From: Octopus sinensis
Lineage: Eukaryota
NCBI RefSeq assembly: GCF_006345805.1
Contig: NC_042999.1
Coordinates: 29,884,001-29,948,000 of the forward strand
Direction: 5' to 3'
DNA length: 64,000 bases
The notes under the pieces are model-generated. The model had not been told where the DNA came from, did no database searches, and saw only the letters and a list, made by a program, of their open reading frames with translations. Both the position numbers and the translations under genes were made by a program. This document shows, piece after piece, positions 52,112 to 64,000 of this stretch (its first letter is position 1; every line of letters begins with the position of its first letter).

Positions 52112-54289
52112 ACGTGCGATTAATTTTAAAAGTATTGCACCGTTAGGTGATTCCTAACGCTGGATTTAGACATTTTGACTTATATTTTAGGCTCATCTTG
52201 TTCAGTGTTTGGATCTAGAAATAAGTCGTATGAAACTGAATATTTATTCTGTTGCAGAACATTTTACACCTTCCATAGTAACAGTGAAATTTAAGAACAA
52301 TATTATCAATATTCTCCTATCGAAAAGAAAAGAAAAACGTTTAGGAATTGACGTAAATCTTTTCAAAATCAAAATACAAAATGCAAACAAAATGTTACCA
52401 ATTTTCTTAATACCATAGAAACAAAATATATGTTTATATATTAGAAATTTCATACACTGTATGGGTAGGTATCCAAGGAGCACGAGGTCAATGATGAGGA
52501 GATTTTATTGGCAATTCCGTTGATGAAAGCGTTTTAGGCTAGCTCTCACACCAAATGAATGTTTACACATTCCTTCATACAGTTGATGTAATCAAGTTTA
52601 CATTTAAACTTCGTATTATATTTAAATTACATTAATTAATGTTTCTGATCAAGTAGTGTACAAAACTTTTCAAAATGCAATAGACAGTAATTAGACACCT
52701 GAATCTGTGATAATTACAATTAAGCTGTCTGAGAAGAGATATTTTTCGGATAGACATTGTATGTCTTGGCGTATAGGACACGTGTTTCCAGGACATTGAT
52801 CTTGTCTACCAATAGCTGTCAGCATTTTTTCTACCCATGCGGTTCTTGGACTACAATATTTTACATATACGGACTGCAGTCTCTAATATGCAATAAATGA
52901 CATCGCTGGTTTAGATAATGATGATTGACGACGTAGATTGGTGGTTTTACACACAATGGCTGTAGAGAAAATTCCTCTGCCCAGACATTTAATGCAAGTT
53001 TGTGTACATAGGCTTATTAAAAATAATGTAGAGAGTTTTATTATACACAAGTATATAAGGGGCAATGGAAGTTTACTTGGGACACCAGAGGCATTACAAA
53101 TGGTATATCTGTGCTGAACAAATCTCTTCTACGTAAATATCAGAAAGAAAGTTTACGACTATTCAGTTTCTTGGATCCTGCCTAAACTTTCCTTATAACT
53201 TGTCGCAAATCTCCTTCTCACAGAGAACACAGTAAAATGTGTAAATTGTTGCGAGATGTTTATTTCCAGATTCCAGTTTTGTTACATACAAATGCTACTG
53301 CTGTTGCATTTGTTGCTATATTTTCAGTGGCAATTTACTCAACTACTTTAAGTCTGAATCAGTTCGTCTAGACGTTCCACAAAATATTTACGCCTCAGAA
53401 TGCGCCTTCACAAAGTAAAAGTATTACCACACTTAACATTCTGATTGAATTGGAAATCAAATAAATGAGTTATTTATGTTTGACAATAAAAAATACCACA
53501 GGCAATTTTTACAAAACAAACAAAAAAATGCCATTGCATAATGCTACAACCTTTCCGAAGAGACAAGTTTACATAATCTTTCCATTGCTACTATATAGTT
53601 TTTATAAATGACACAATGTCTACAGCTGGCTGTAAACTTAGAATTACATCATTCATTAACCAACGACATTAAATCACTTTGCGACCCGTTGTCATGTCAG
53701 TGCCAATCAATATCTCTGCTGCAAACTTTACCAAATATTTAACATCTTAAAGTTACTTCTCTATAGTCTCCTCGTCCAATTAGACATATGGGATTAATAA
53801 CCTTAACGCTACCGTTACCGCTATATAATAAATTGTGAACTTTTTTCACTCCATGAACATTATCATCAATTATCCCAATCCAGATTCATGCATATAAAAA
53901 AAAAAACAACCTAAGTAATCTTAGAATTTCTCATATGCGATGGTTTTCTCAAATTGGAGACTAAAATATATTTTGCGGTATATATTCAGGATAACTCTAT
54001 AAAAATGCTTTATTGTTTTAACGCATTGAGGAAATGATAATGCAAATAAATTACGTCTTTGTATTAATGCATAAACGTAGATATTGACTGTTAGAAATGT
54101 TTGGGCGAAATATGAGAGGAACGTATTAATTATAAACCTTCTAGTGCCATATATATCCCACAGCCAGTCCTGCTGTGTCAACAGAGAACATGTTTGTTTT
54201 TTTAACTGATTAATAGAAAATAGCTGCAATAATACATATCCCTAAAGTATTACCCTTATTTCCACACCTTTGGCATTCTTATACAAATC

Positions 54290-54775
54290 ATTGGAATATT
54301 CTTTACTTAAGCAACATTTAATTAGAAACTATGTCAAGTAGACTTCCCCATGTACTATACATGCCATCTTTCTGGCAACTTCATGATCCCGCGTGCATAG
54401 AAACTCCGATGGTTATCAGCCAAAATCTGTGTTATTTCAGGTCATCATCATTATTGAAATATTTACCATTCGATGAATTTCGCAAACTTGGAAATAAATT
54501 GTAATCTGATGGTGCAATGTGAGGATTAAATGGTGGATGTGACATCACTTCCGAAGCAATCTCCAATAGGTAGCAGGTACCTGTGTAGTTTAGCGCTAAC
54601 ATGGTGAAACACAATTCGTTCACGATTTGACATTTCTGGCCATTTTTTATTGATTGTGTCCTTCAGTTTCAGTAGTTGTTGGCAGTAAACATCTAACGTT
54701 ATCATTTGGTTCCTTGGAAGCAGCACAAGACACACAACACCTTTATAAACCCACCAAATTGACAGCATGCTTGAA
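54290..54775 (-). mobile_element. Decayed mariner (Tc1/mariner) transposase 3' fragment
   Basis: MLSIWWVYKGVV..LLPRNQ.IT.DVYCQQLLKL..I.KKWPE..RIVFHH..AK.H and HPPFNPHIAPSDYNLFPSL, then KLPERW; frameshifted. Confidence 0.85.
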
Positions 54776-54789
54776 ATGAAAGTATATAG

Positions 54790-55790
54790 AATAAAGTATA
54801 AAGAATTCCAAGCACATCTAATTGGACTTGATACAAATATTCAATTTAAGAGGGAATATAGCCATCAACAACGTTTATTCCTCGATAACCTCATTAAGAA
54901 ATCCAATAAAAAATAGAAACTGACGTACTATAGAAACCACGGACTCCAAGCAATATCTGCCGTTCAACTCATGCCACCCCAGAGACACTAGAATGAATAT
55001 CCGTTTCAACCTGGTAAAGAATATTTATACTGTAATATCAGATGCAAGCACATGAAGTAAAGAAGATAGTCATCAGCAGGAACAACCCACAATCACTAAT
55101 TGATATAGGTTTTCAACGTGCCATAGAACTCAACATCCACGAACTCAGACATCCCGAAGAAAATAAGGATTTACAAACAAAAGCCCTACTATACATATAT
55201 GCACACAACACCTTAAACAATGAATCCTTCGACATAATCCTCCAGAACATTCTTTACTAAAACGTTACCACAGAAAAAATTGAATCCTCCAAACGCACAC
55301 TGTCTTAAAGAGCAAAAGACAAACCAAGCCGATGAAATGTCTTGTAACACAAGCCCATTTACACACGTTAACACCATGGAAACAGTCAGTATAAAAGTGC
55401 CGAAGACCTGACTACGGTATATATGACACCCTATTTGAATGGTCGCAGTTCTCCTTTGAACAGAATCAACGCTTTACAGAGATTTAAAGCAACTTCACAT
55501 GTACTTCAGAAAAGCTAATGCATGTGTTAACTTGATCCAGTTATCGTGAGCAAATCATGGATCAAATTAAAAACAGTCTACGCCATTGGATGACCGTACA
55601 TAGATCCCAGATTAAAATTCGGGAATTCAGGAACACAGCATTAAAGAAATACGTCATTTGCGCCACTAACGAACAATCCACCTCAAAAGTTTCCACATAA
55701 TATACGCAGGGACAATGCAACCTATAATCAGCGCATTAGCAAAAAATCATATTTTATCATAAAAATATAAATCACTTTTGACTGCTTTCA
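54790..55790 (+). pseudogene. Decayed Neptune-like PLE 3' fragment, same family as 49440-51170
   Basis: DNA closely parallels 50520-51170 (caagcaatatctgccgttcaactcatgccacccc; tttcaacgtgc...aactcagacatccc); EN remnants follow. Confidence 0.7.
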
Positions 55791-56622
55791 CCACGGATGA
55801 AAATACTACGAGTATCGTTGAATAATACCCACGCAAATATTAAGAACGGTGTATTCAAACCAGTTGCTACAAGTAAGTATGTACAAGTAAATCTGTAAGT
55901 CATTAGGTGCAATCCTCTGTAAATACATATAGGTTAAAGTCACATTAAGAATACTACTATCAAACCTTCCAACTCTCCTCTAACTTATACTTGGTATCAC
56001 ACCTCCACAAATTTGCCTAATAAAAACGGCGGGAGATCTATTCACTGATATGCACATCCATTGGCTTTATAAGTCAAAGGCCTCTATTAATCATTCTTTG
56101 GAACAGTAGTCTCTAATTTCCGACGTAAACATAAGTATCTTTATATCTTTAATAGATCCATTTGAAATTATCCTATTCGTCTCCACAAAGTATAGAATCT
56201 ATTATCACATAATCTAACCTACGTGAACGTAGCTCTTACTATCGAAATGCATACAACCCTAACATAGACCTACACAACGAAAACACTAACACCGCTCGCA
56301 GTAACATAACCAAAGTCCCTTGCCCTACCACTTCAAATATCTTAAATATACATAATATGATCCACACCTCGGAGAGTAACGGGTGCAAAGTTGAAACCGA
56401 CGCAAGCATTAATAGGCATGCAGTATTAACAATATCGTAGCCATTACAATTAATAATACCTATACTACAGCTACTAATAGGACAAGCAATAATATTAATA
56501 TTAGCACCAACCGCAATATTACTATTACTGAAAACGATGCTACTACTAACACTATTCCCAAACGCTACTACTAATAGTTGCAATAATAAAATCATTAATA
56601 ACGTCACCACTGCTAATATTAA

Positions 56623-56626
<4 letters not shown>

Positions 56627-56667
<41 letters not shown>

Positions 56668-56760
56668 GACTACTACTACTACTACTACTAATAATAATAA
56701 TAATAACAATAATAATAATAATTCTACTACTACTACTACTACTGCTTTTACTAGTCTTAC
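56627..56760. repeat. (ACT)n/(AAT)n trinucleotide microsatellite
   Basis: Read directly. Confidence 0.95.
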
Positions 56761-59698
56761 TAGAAGTATTAGTAATATTAATGATAATTATAACTGATAT
56801 GCCGAAAACGATAATGATGATAATAAGAATGGTAAGACTCGTTGATTTTGATAATGGAAATGATGACAATGATAACAGCAATATCACGAACGATTCACCT
56901 AATACACCCTAATCCTACCCTTTAGCTTGTCCACTATTAGAGTTACCCTCATCTCTCTCTCTCGCCAACTAACCATCGTAGAGTGATAGTTGCAATTTCA
57001 GATCTTGGACAGACTGCCCACTGCAAGGCCATTGCAGAAAATTCGAGGTCGTATTCCAATGGACCGTTCACAACATAGTAAATAACAGCATTATCTAATA
57101 CTTAAATTAAGAATTTTAAGGAAAGATATTATTCACATTTAAACTCTTTAAATAAAAGGAGAATAGCAATTCCACATCACTAGCCAGGTGCGTGCACTAT
57201 CTAATTATGCAGTATAGACTGCCCTGGGGTATTATAGATTTAAAACCCATACCTCACCACAATAACTTAAACAGAAAGAAGCCTTCACCCCTTTAAAGTA
57301 ATTCAGGAATCCAAAAATAAATTCACTCCTTACGAATAACACTCACATACAAACCTCCATGATTGTTAAAACATACCCTGTGTATCTCTTCTATTAACCA
57401 TACTTCATCACTTTATAGGATAAATGTTAATTCTTTCATTCATTCTTATACCTTAACATATTAAATCCCCTACACTTTATTCTAACTTTTATTCCTAAAT
57501 AACTTTACATTCAACTGGTCTCTCTATTCACGGTTAATTGCATACCCATACCGCCATTAATAAAAATATTTCTAGAGCCACTGGCCTAAGCCATAAAACG
57601 GACACAAGCACTTACTGCTAGATTTCTTCCCCGAACCCTAGAGTCTAGAAGAATACCATTGGCACTTACTGTTCTCTTTGAAATCCTCCCATTCCAATCA
57701 TTTATTTATTTTTACGTTAACTTCATTTATCTCCTCCTCATATCACCTTACTTACCCTTATATATTTATTCATATATTCATCCTCTTGCTAAGTTTCTCT
57801 ACACTGTATTCTCATACACTAAATTCTTATATACCGTATCTTATCCTTAATGCCATTCCTTAATATCTTCTCTCAATCACACTACCTCTCTTTTTATTTA
57901 TTTTCTTCTTTCTTTCTACCATTTAATAGCCAACTCCGCTACCATTCCGTTACTAAACGTTGATACGTTCGACGGTATTAGGACTTTAGCGTGCATGGAT
58001 TTACACAGGTTTGCACCTACGATTTACGGATTTATTTCTACATGATCGGAAATTTGAACTGTGATCTTTTATGTTCTTTTTGTTGTCTTTCTGAATCCCT
58101 TCATCCCTTTCTTCCTGTTCTCTATGTCGTCATCTCATTAACCCATAACCTAATTTTCCCTATATGCCTCCAATGACGGAATATCCCATACTTTTGCTGG
58201 GATATCCCACGAACAGTAAGCTTGAAAGTTTCCAATAATATTAACGCATATGATTTGAGAAGCTTGTCTTGCCTTCAGGTTTGTTGACCGCTTTAACAAT
58301 TATATATCCGCTATATCGCAAATCTACAATGGCTTCAAAATTACTATCTCGGCTATAATCTTGGATCCCTAGCAATCTGTGGAGCACTTACCTAGCGTCC
58401 CTAGTCACTTAGATCACACGTGAGCTAAAGTCCCATACTTTGTATGTATATGTGTGTGTGTGTGCGTATGTATGTATGCTTAGAGATGCATACATGCATG
58501 TCCTAACCCTCAACTGCTTTACTCCCGCCGGGGAAACCTACTAGCACCAGTCTGGGTTCGCGATGAGAACGAGAATAGGCCCCAATTACGCCAACCACTT
58601 AATAGAATATTTGCTTATTTACATGCATTAACTTTTTCGTTTGCCTTGTCTATTTACGCTCCCTACTCACCGGGGCCTCGATTTAATGAATTTTCTTCTT
58701 GTGCATAAATGGGCGAGAAAATGCAGTGATAAATAACATTTAAATAAAGCGTATTTTCTGAAGAAAACAGAGCTACTATCTCATTTGTAAACAGAACCCT
58801 AATATTACAAGCTTGCATTTTTCTTATAGTAATTAATACGTCGACTTTCTTAGGATAATGTTATAATTACCACCTAGCAACATTAATTTGCAGACATTTA
58901 ATTATTATTTTATTATTAATTATGATAGTAATTTCCAAACATAGAGAAACATTATTATAAGTGTAACAGATAAAGATAATACGTGCACGATATTAACTAC
59001 CAATTTTAATTTACTTTATATCAGTTTAAGTAGCAAATACGCGAATGTGAGGCGTCTAATCGCTGCGATTCATTTATAACCCTTTATCTGACCTGAGCTA
59101 ATATTTTCACAGAAGAAAGTCGGAGACACTTTACTGTTATCTTGAGAACAAATATTTGCTTCGCAATACTCTTGTTCCTCATTGGATGCGTTTTCCTCAT
59201 TTACCAACTAAATTCTGTACACAATCGGGTCCATCTAAGACAAGAAAATTATAAAAGCAAAACATGTTTCAGGGGTGGGATAATCTGCAGTCATTAGTAG
59301 AAAATAAATCCTAGTCTTTTGGCGCGGTATTATAGCAGAAAGCACAAAATTAGAATCCAGCATACCGTACATTATTTCATTCGATATCAGTATTTTCCCT
59401 GATTTCGAAAGCTCTGTCTTGTCACTTGTGACATAACATTCTTATACCGGTGTGTGTTCGTTTGTGTCCATATAGAGTTGCAGTGAGGCAAAAGAGACAA
59501 TATAAGAAACATGCATTGAGGTTAAATGGTTTCACTAAAATTCTTCAATGTTCTGCCACCACATGACCGCGGTTTCATATATTTTGAACAACTAAAATTG
59601 ATAAAAGTGTTAGTCTTACTATATCTGAACCAATCTTTGGTCGAAACATATCTAAGTTTATCTAAGTTTATATATATATATATATATATATATAAACA

Positions 59699-59806
<108 letters not shown>

Positions 59807-60799
59807 GTGTGTGTGTGTGTGTATGTATGTATATATGTGCCCATCTGTTCAAATTTCATAAAATGTTATGTCTTCCAGCATCTGAGGATTACACTGAATT
59901 TTAAATTGATCTAATGATTGCATTCTTCAATTAAATGAAGTTACATGAGACTATCATACTGTATTACCTCTGGATATCCTTGTTGCTTATTTTGATATAT
60001 ATACAAATGTGTGTTTGTGTGTGTGTCTGTATGTGTGTATAATGAATTTTATGTTGGTCCTGATTTGTAGGAAATACGACACAACCTGTGGAGATTGTAA
60101 AATCTCAGGTAGATTATATTCTTCAGTCGTCATGGATGCCATATTATTTCTGAAGTTTAACAATGCAGAGACGACATGTAGGATTGTTGTGAATGTTGCA
60201 TTCCTCCATCCTTAACCTGCACACAGAGCAACGTATAGTCCTTCAGTATATTCAGTGTAGTTTGTCGAGCAAAGAATCACAGCGTAAATAGGTGTCTAGC
60301 GTTCTAATATCTCTGTTATTCAATCTCTAATACAATCGTGTGTATTTCCATTTGTCGACATGATATCAAATTATCAAAGACGATTAAAACAAAACGAAAG
60401 CAAACAACATGAACATCTTGGACACAGATGTCACGTACGAAGACATTAATATTTAATGTATACGTCTGCATACGCATCAGCTAAAATAACCCATTAGAAT
60501 AAAATGTATTATTTAAAAAAAATGAAACTTATTTGATAACTGTAGTTTCTGACAGTGAATTTACTGCTGTGTTTCTATACGTTTTAACATTCTGAATGAT
60601 GGACAATATAACTGGAGATATTCGGAGTTCATGTCATTGAAATATTGTATTTATATGAGAAACTATAGGCTCAGCTGCTGTAACAAATCCACGTAAGGAA
60701 ATAGGTGACAGAGAGGATACAATATATCTTCAAGTGTAATCAATGATGTTAAGAGGTGAATAGTAGGTGAGAAAAATGGAGAAAAATGAAGTCATATTA

Positions 60800-61132
60800 T
60801 ACATATAAACATACATACTTACATATATATGCATGTATATATATGTATATACATACATATATACACATACATATATATACATACATATATATACATATAT
60901 ATATGCATATATATATACACACACACATATATATATATATATATATGAATGTATGTATATATATGCATATATATATACATATGTATATGTATGTATATAT
61001 ATATATATGTATGTATATATATATATAATATATATATATATAATTATGTATATATATTCATATATATATATGTATATATATGTATTTATATATATACGTA
61101 TGTATATATATGCATCTCTCTCTCTCTATCTA

Positions 61133-61183
<51 letters not shown>

Positions 61184-61210
61184 TATATATTATATATATA
61201 TATACATATA
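60800..61210. repeat. Long degenerate (TA)n/(TACA)n microsatellite
   Basis: Read directly. Confidence 0.95.
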
Positions 61211-61855
61211 GACAACATACTTGTTTTACAATCACACCTTAATACAAATTCAATTTAAGGAGTTTTGTCATAGTATAAAAATATGATAACGGAGCGAATT
61301 CCCACATATACATATTTATCACTCAGCAAATATAGTGTAGTGTGAGAAATAAATATAGTTTGAAAAACAATAAAAAAAGAAATAGATTAACCATAGGTAT
61401 GATTAAAGGAAACATCATAGAAATGTTGGACAAGGTATGTCATTGGTAGAGTTACTGATTTCCCATGTGTCTCCTTCTGTGGCTACAGATTGTTGCGTGA
61501 AAACAGGTTAATCTCTCAGTTGCAACAACGACGCATTGTGAAATTCCGTGTCAATCTAAAATCAATCTTTAGAACTTCCATCGATACGAAAAGATATGTG
61601 AAGTAAATTTTGTCGAAGCATTGAAACTTTCGTTGGGAAAACCTATATCAATATAGCAATACGGAAATTTTAGCATGTAAGAAAACGAATATTATTATGA
61701 TTATTACTAACACTGTTGTCCTAGTCGCAGTCGCTATCACCACCATGTTCATCCGCATCGTATCTTCCTCCTTCACACCCTCCCTATCTGCCCCCACATT
61801 CTCCCCCTCCTCCTTCTCATTATTATTATTACTATTATTATTATTATTATTATTA

Positions 61856-61897
<42 letters not shown>

Positions 61898-63654
61898 TGT
61901 TGTTGGTGTTATTGTTGTTGCCATCGTTATTATTATTATTATTATTATTATTATCATTACATTCTGTTGATATATATACCCATGCCTAGATGCCCCTTGT
62001 AATGCGTTCTCATTTCTTCTGATGCTAACATTATGCAGACATTCCCTTTCAATGAGATATAGTTTTGCGTAGGTTAAGAGATTTCGAGAATGATTACGCA
62101 TTCATACCTACACGCTTACACATATGTAAGCATCCACCTCCAACCATATATATATATATATAAACTTCATTATTTCCTCTCAGATATTTTTGAAAATATC
62201 CCGAAGCAAAAAATGCTGTGCAATGTACATACAGGTTGTCACACACCCAGAGCACGCATACACACACACATAATCCCACATGTACATGCTCTTCAGATTA
62301 TAAATTGCATTCATATACATGCTCTTCAGATTATAAATTGCATTCATGTACAAGAAACATATATATATATATATAATTCTAACTGGTGAGTTATGAGCTG
62401 AGACGAATCATGCATTTGATGTATGATTTAATATATATAGGCTGTCTACAAACAGCGAGAATATATCTTAATCATGCAGCATAAAAGAGACATGCACTCT
62501 TGAATAGAATTCCTTGGATAACTATGTTTCTGGTGGTTACTTATGTGTGTTGCTGACGAACTAAATGATATTTACGTGAGATACTGGAAACAGGTACTCG
62601 TTTGCAGCCGGTTAGCACGACGTGTGTTTCAGTTTTGTTAGTCAATGATACACCGTGCTCATGAAATTTTGGTGCAAATTATTGAGCATTCTACCGACGC
62701 GTAATCATAATTTTTTTTTCTCAAGGAGATTCAGCTTGATTCAAAATGTGACAATGCTGGTCGTGTTTGTTACAGACACAACACATTTTCCCCGTTGAGT
62801 GATATGTAGAAACATAAGACGCCAAGGTGAATGGAACTCACACATGTACTGTGGTGGACCAACTAACCCAAACTACTATTCCACGCGCCTTCATCATCTC
62901 AGGTGTACAGAAGGGAAAATAATGGGACCATTTACTATAACCTTGACAAAGGGCATGACATTATGTCTCATTGGGTGCTATTAAAGAACCGAGCAACGGG
63001 GATTCCTCAACATTTATGCAATAATGTCACAAATAAATACATGAATAGCTCATGACTATACAAACTGTTATCATATTGAGCCTGTAATGATCCTAGGTTT
63101 GAGTCCTGAATACTGGATATTAAAATAGGCTACAGAACATTTTTAAATACTAACATTAGGTATATTAGGATTTCAAGAGATTTGGAGATATAGTGTTCGA
63201 TTATTGGTCGCTAAACTTAGATATAATTTAGATACATGAAATATGTAAATCGGAATCATTCTCTATATAGATAAGTAAATACGAATCATTCTTCATATAA
63301 AACAAGTTTTAGATTTAATGAATATTTCGTCTGGTTAGGTGTGTAGTATGCAGTTTCATATATGAACTCTAAGTATGGAAAACAATAACTATTGCCTCAA
63401 TATTGCGAAAAGAGATACTACACTGATATTTACCAAGTAAGTTCAGAAATTGCAAATTGTGTGATATATAATTAAAAATCCTTCTTATGCAAACGATTTG
63501 AAATTTTTAATCTATTGGTAGGTATTCATTTAGGCATCAGTGTATGTAATGTATGGATACACAGACATACAGGCAATCAAACCCTACCAACCAACACACA
63601 TTCGCACACATATACGTATCTATCAATCAATCTATCTATCTATCTGTCTATCTA

Positions 63655-63700
<46 letters not shown>

Positions 63701-64000
63701 TGTGTGTGTATGTATATATGTATATGTGTGTGTGTATACACACATAGGTGTGAGTAATTGTGTATGTATATCTGTCTATAAATATGTGTGCGTTGCATAA
63801 ATAATGATAGATAATTTAATGGAACGATGCGATGCATAATGGATAGACTTTAAAATAAATGTTCTTAAGATTAATCACTACGTATTATTTCAAATCATTT
63901 CTAAACAAATATGAATTACAAACTAATTAAAACTGTCAACAGTAAACATGAGATGTATTATTAAACATATCATCGTATAAGAAAAAAATATAAATTGTGC

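Noticed and set aside
60071-60108. 38-nt AG...GT micro-exon candidate
   Set aside because: Splice-like dinucleotides of this kind occur by chance, and the peptide is unrecognised.
62283-62348. 33-bp tandem duplication
   Set aside because: An ordinary slippage duplication without further structure.
62552-62610. ctgacga...gaaac HHR-like spacing
   Set aside because: Stems I and II do not pair; a chance match.

Overview
AT-rich, microsatellite-dense animal intergenic or intronic DNA. The repeat content resembles octopus genomes (inference, no database search). No host protein-coding gene could be confirmed, and most ORF-track entries are translations of simple repeats. The window is dominated by Penelope-like retroelements (PLEs): three young copies (6.4-8.5 kb; 20.3-22.6 kb with inverted terminal arms; 22.6-25.7 kb, nearly full length), several decayed copies, and small hairpin pseudo-LTR (pLTR) remnants. 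Most young copies and remnants abut (TA)n tracts. Also present are tRNA-derived SINEs, a CR1/L2-group LINE 3' end, a non-autonomous Helitron and a mariner fragment. The main discovery is a set of type I hammerhead ribozyme (HHR) motifs folded by eye. (1) A >99%-identical tandem array of a 492-493 bp non-coding unit at 29.5-31.7 kb carries one HHR per unit and ends in a fold-back inversion, a retrozyme/circular-RNA-like architecture. (2) A canonical HHR sits inside a 411-bp inverted-repeat mini-element at 41 kb. (3) G3-C8 and U3-A8 core-swap variants sit in other pLTR families. Each family has its own palindromic stem III. None of these is tested for cleavage.
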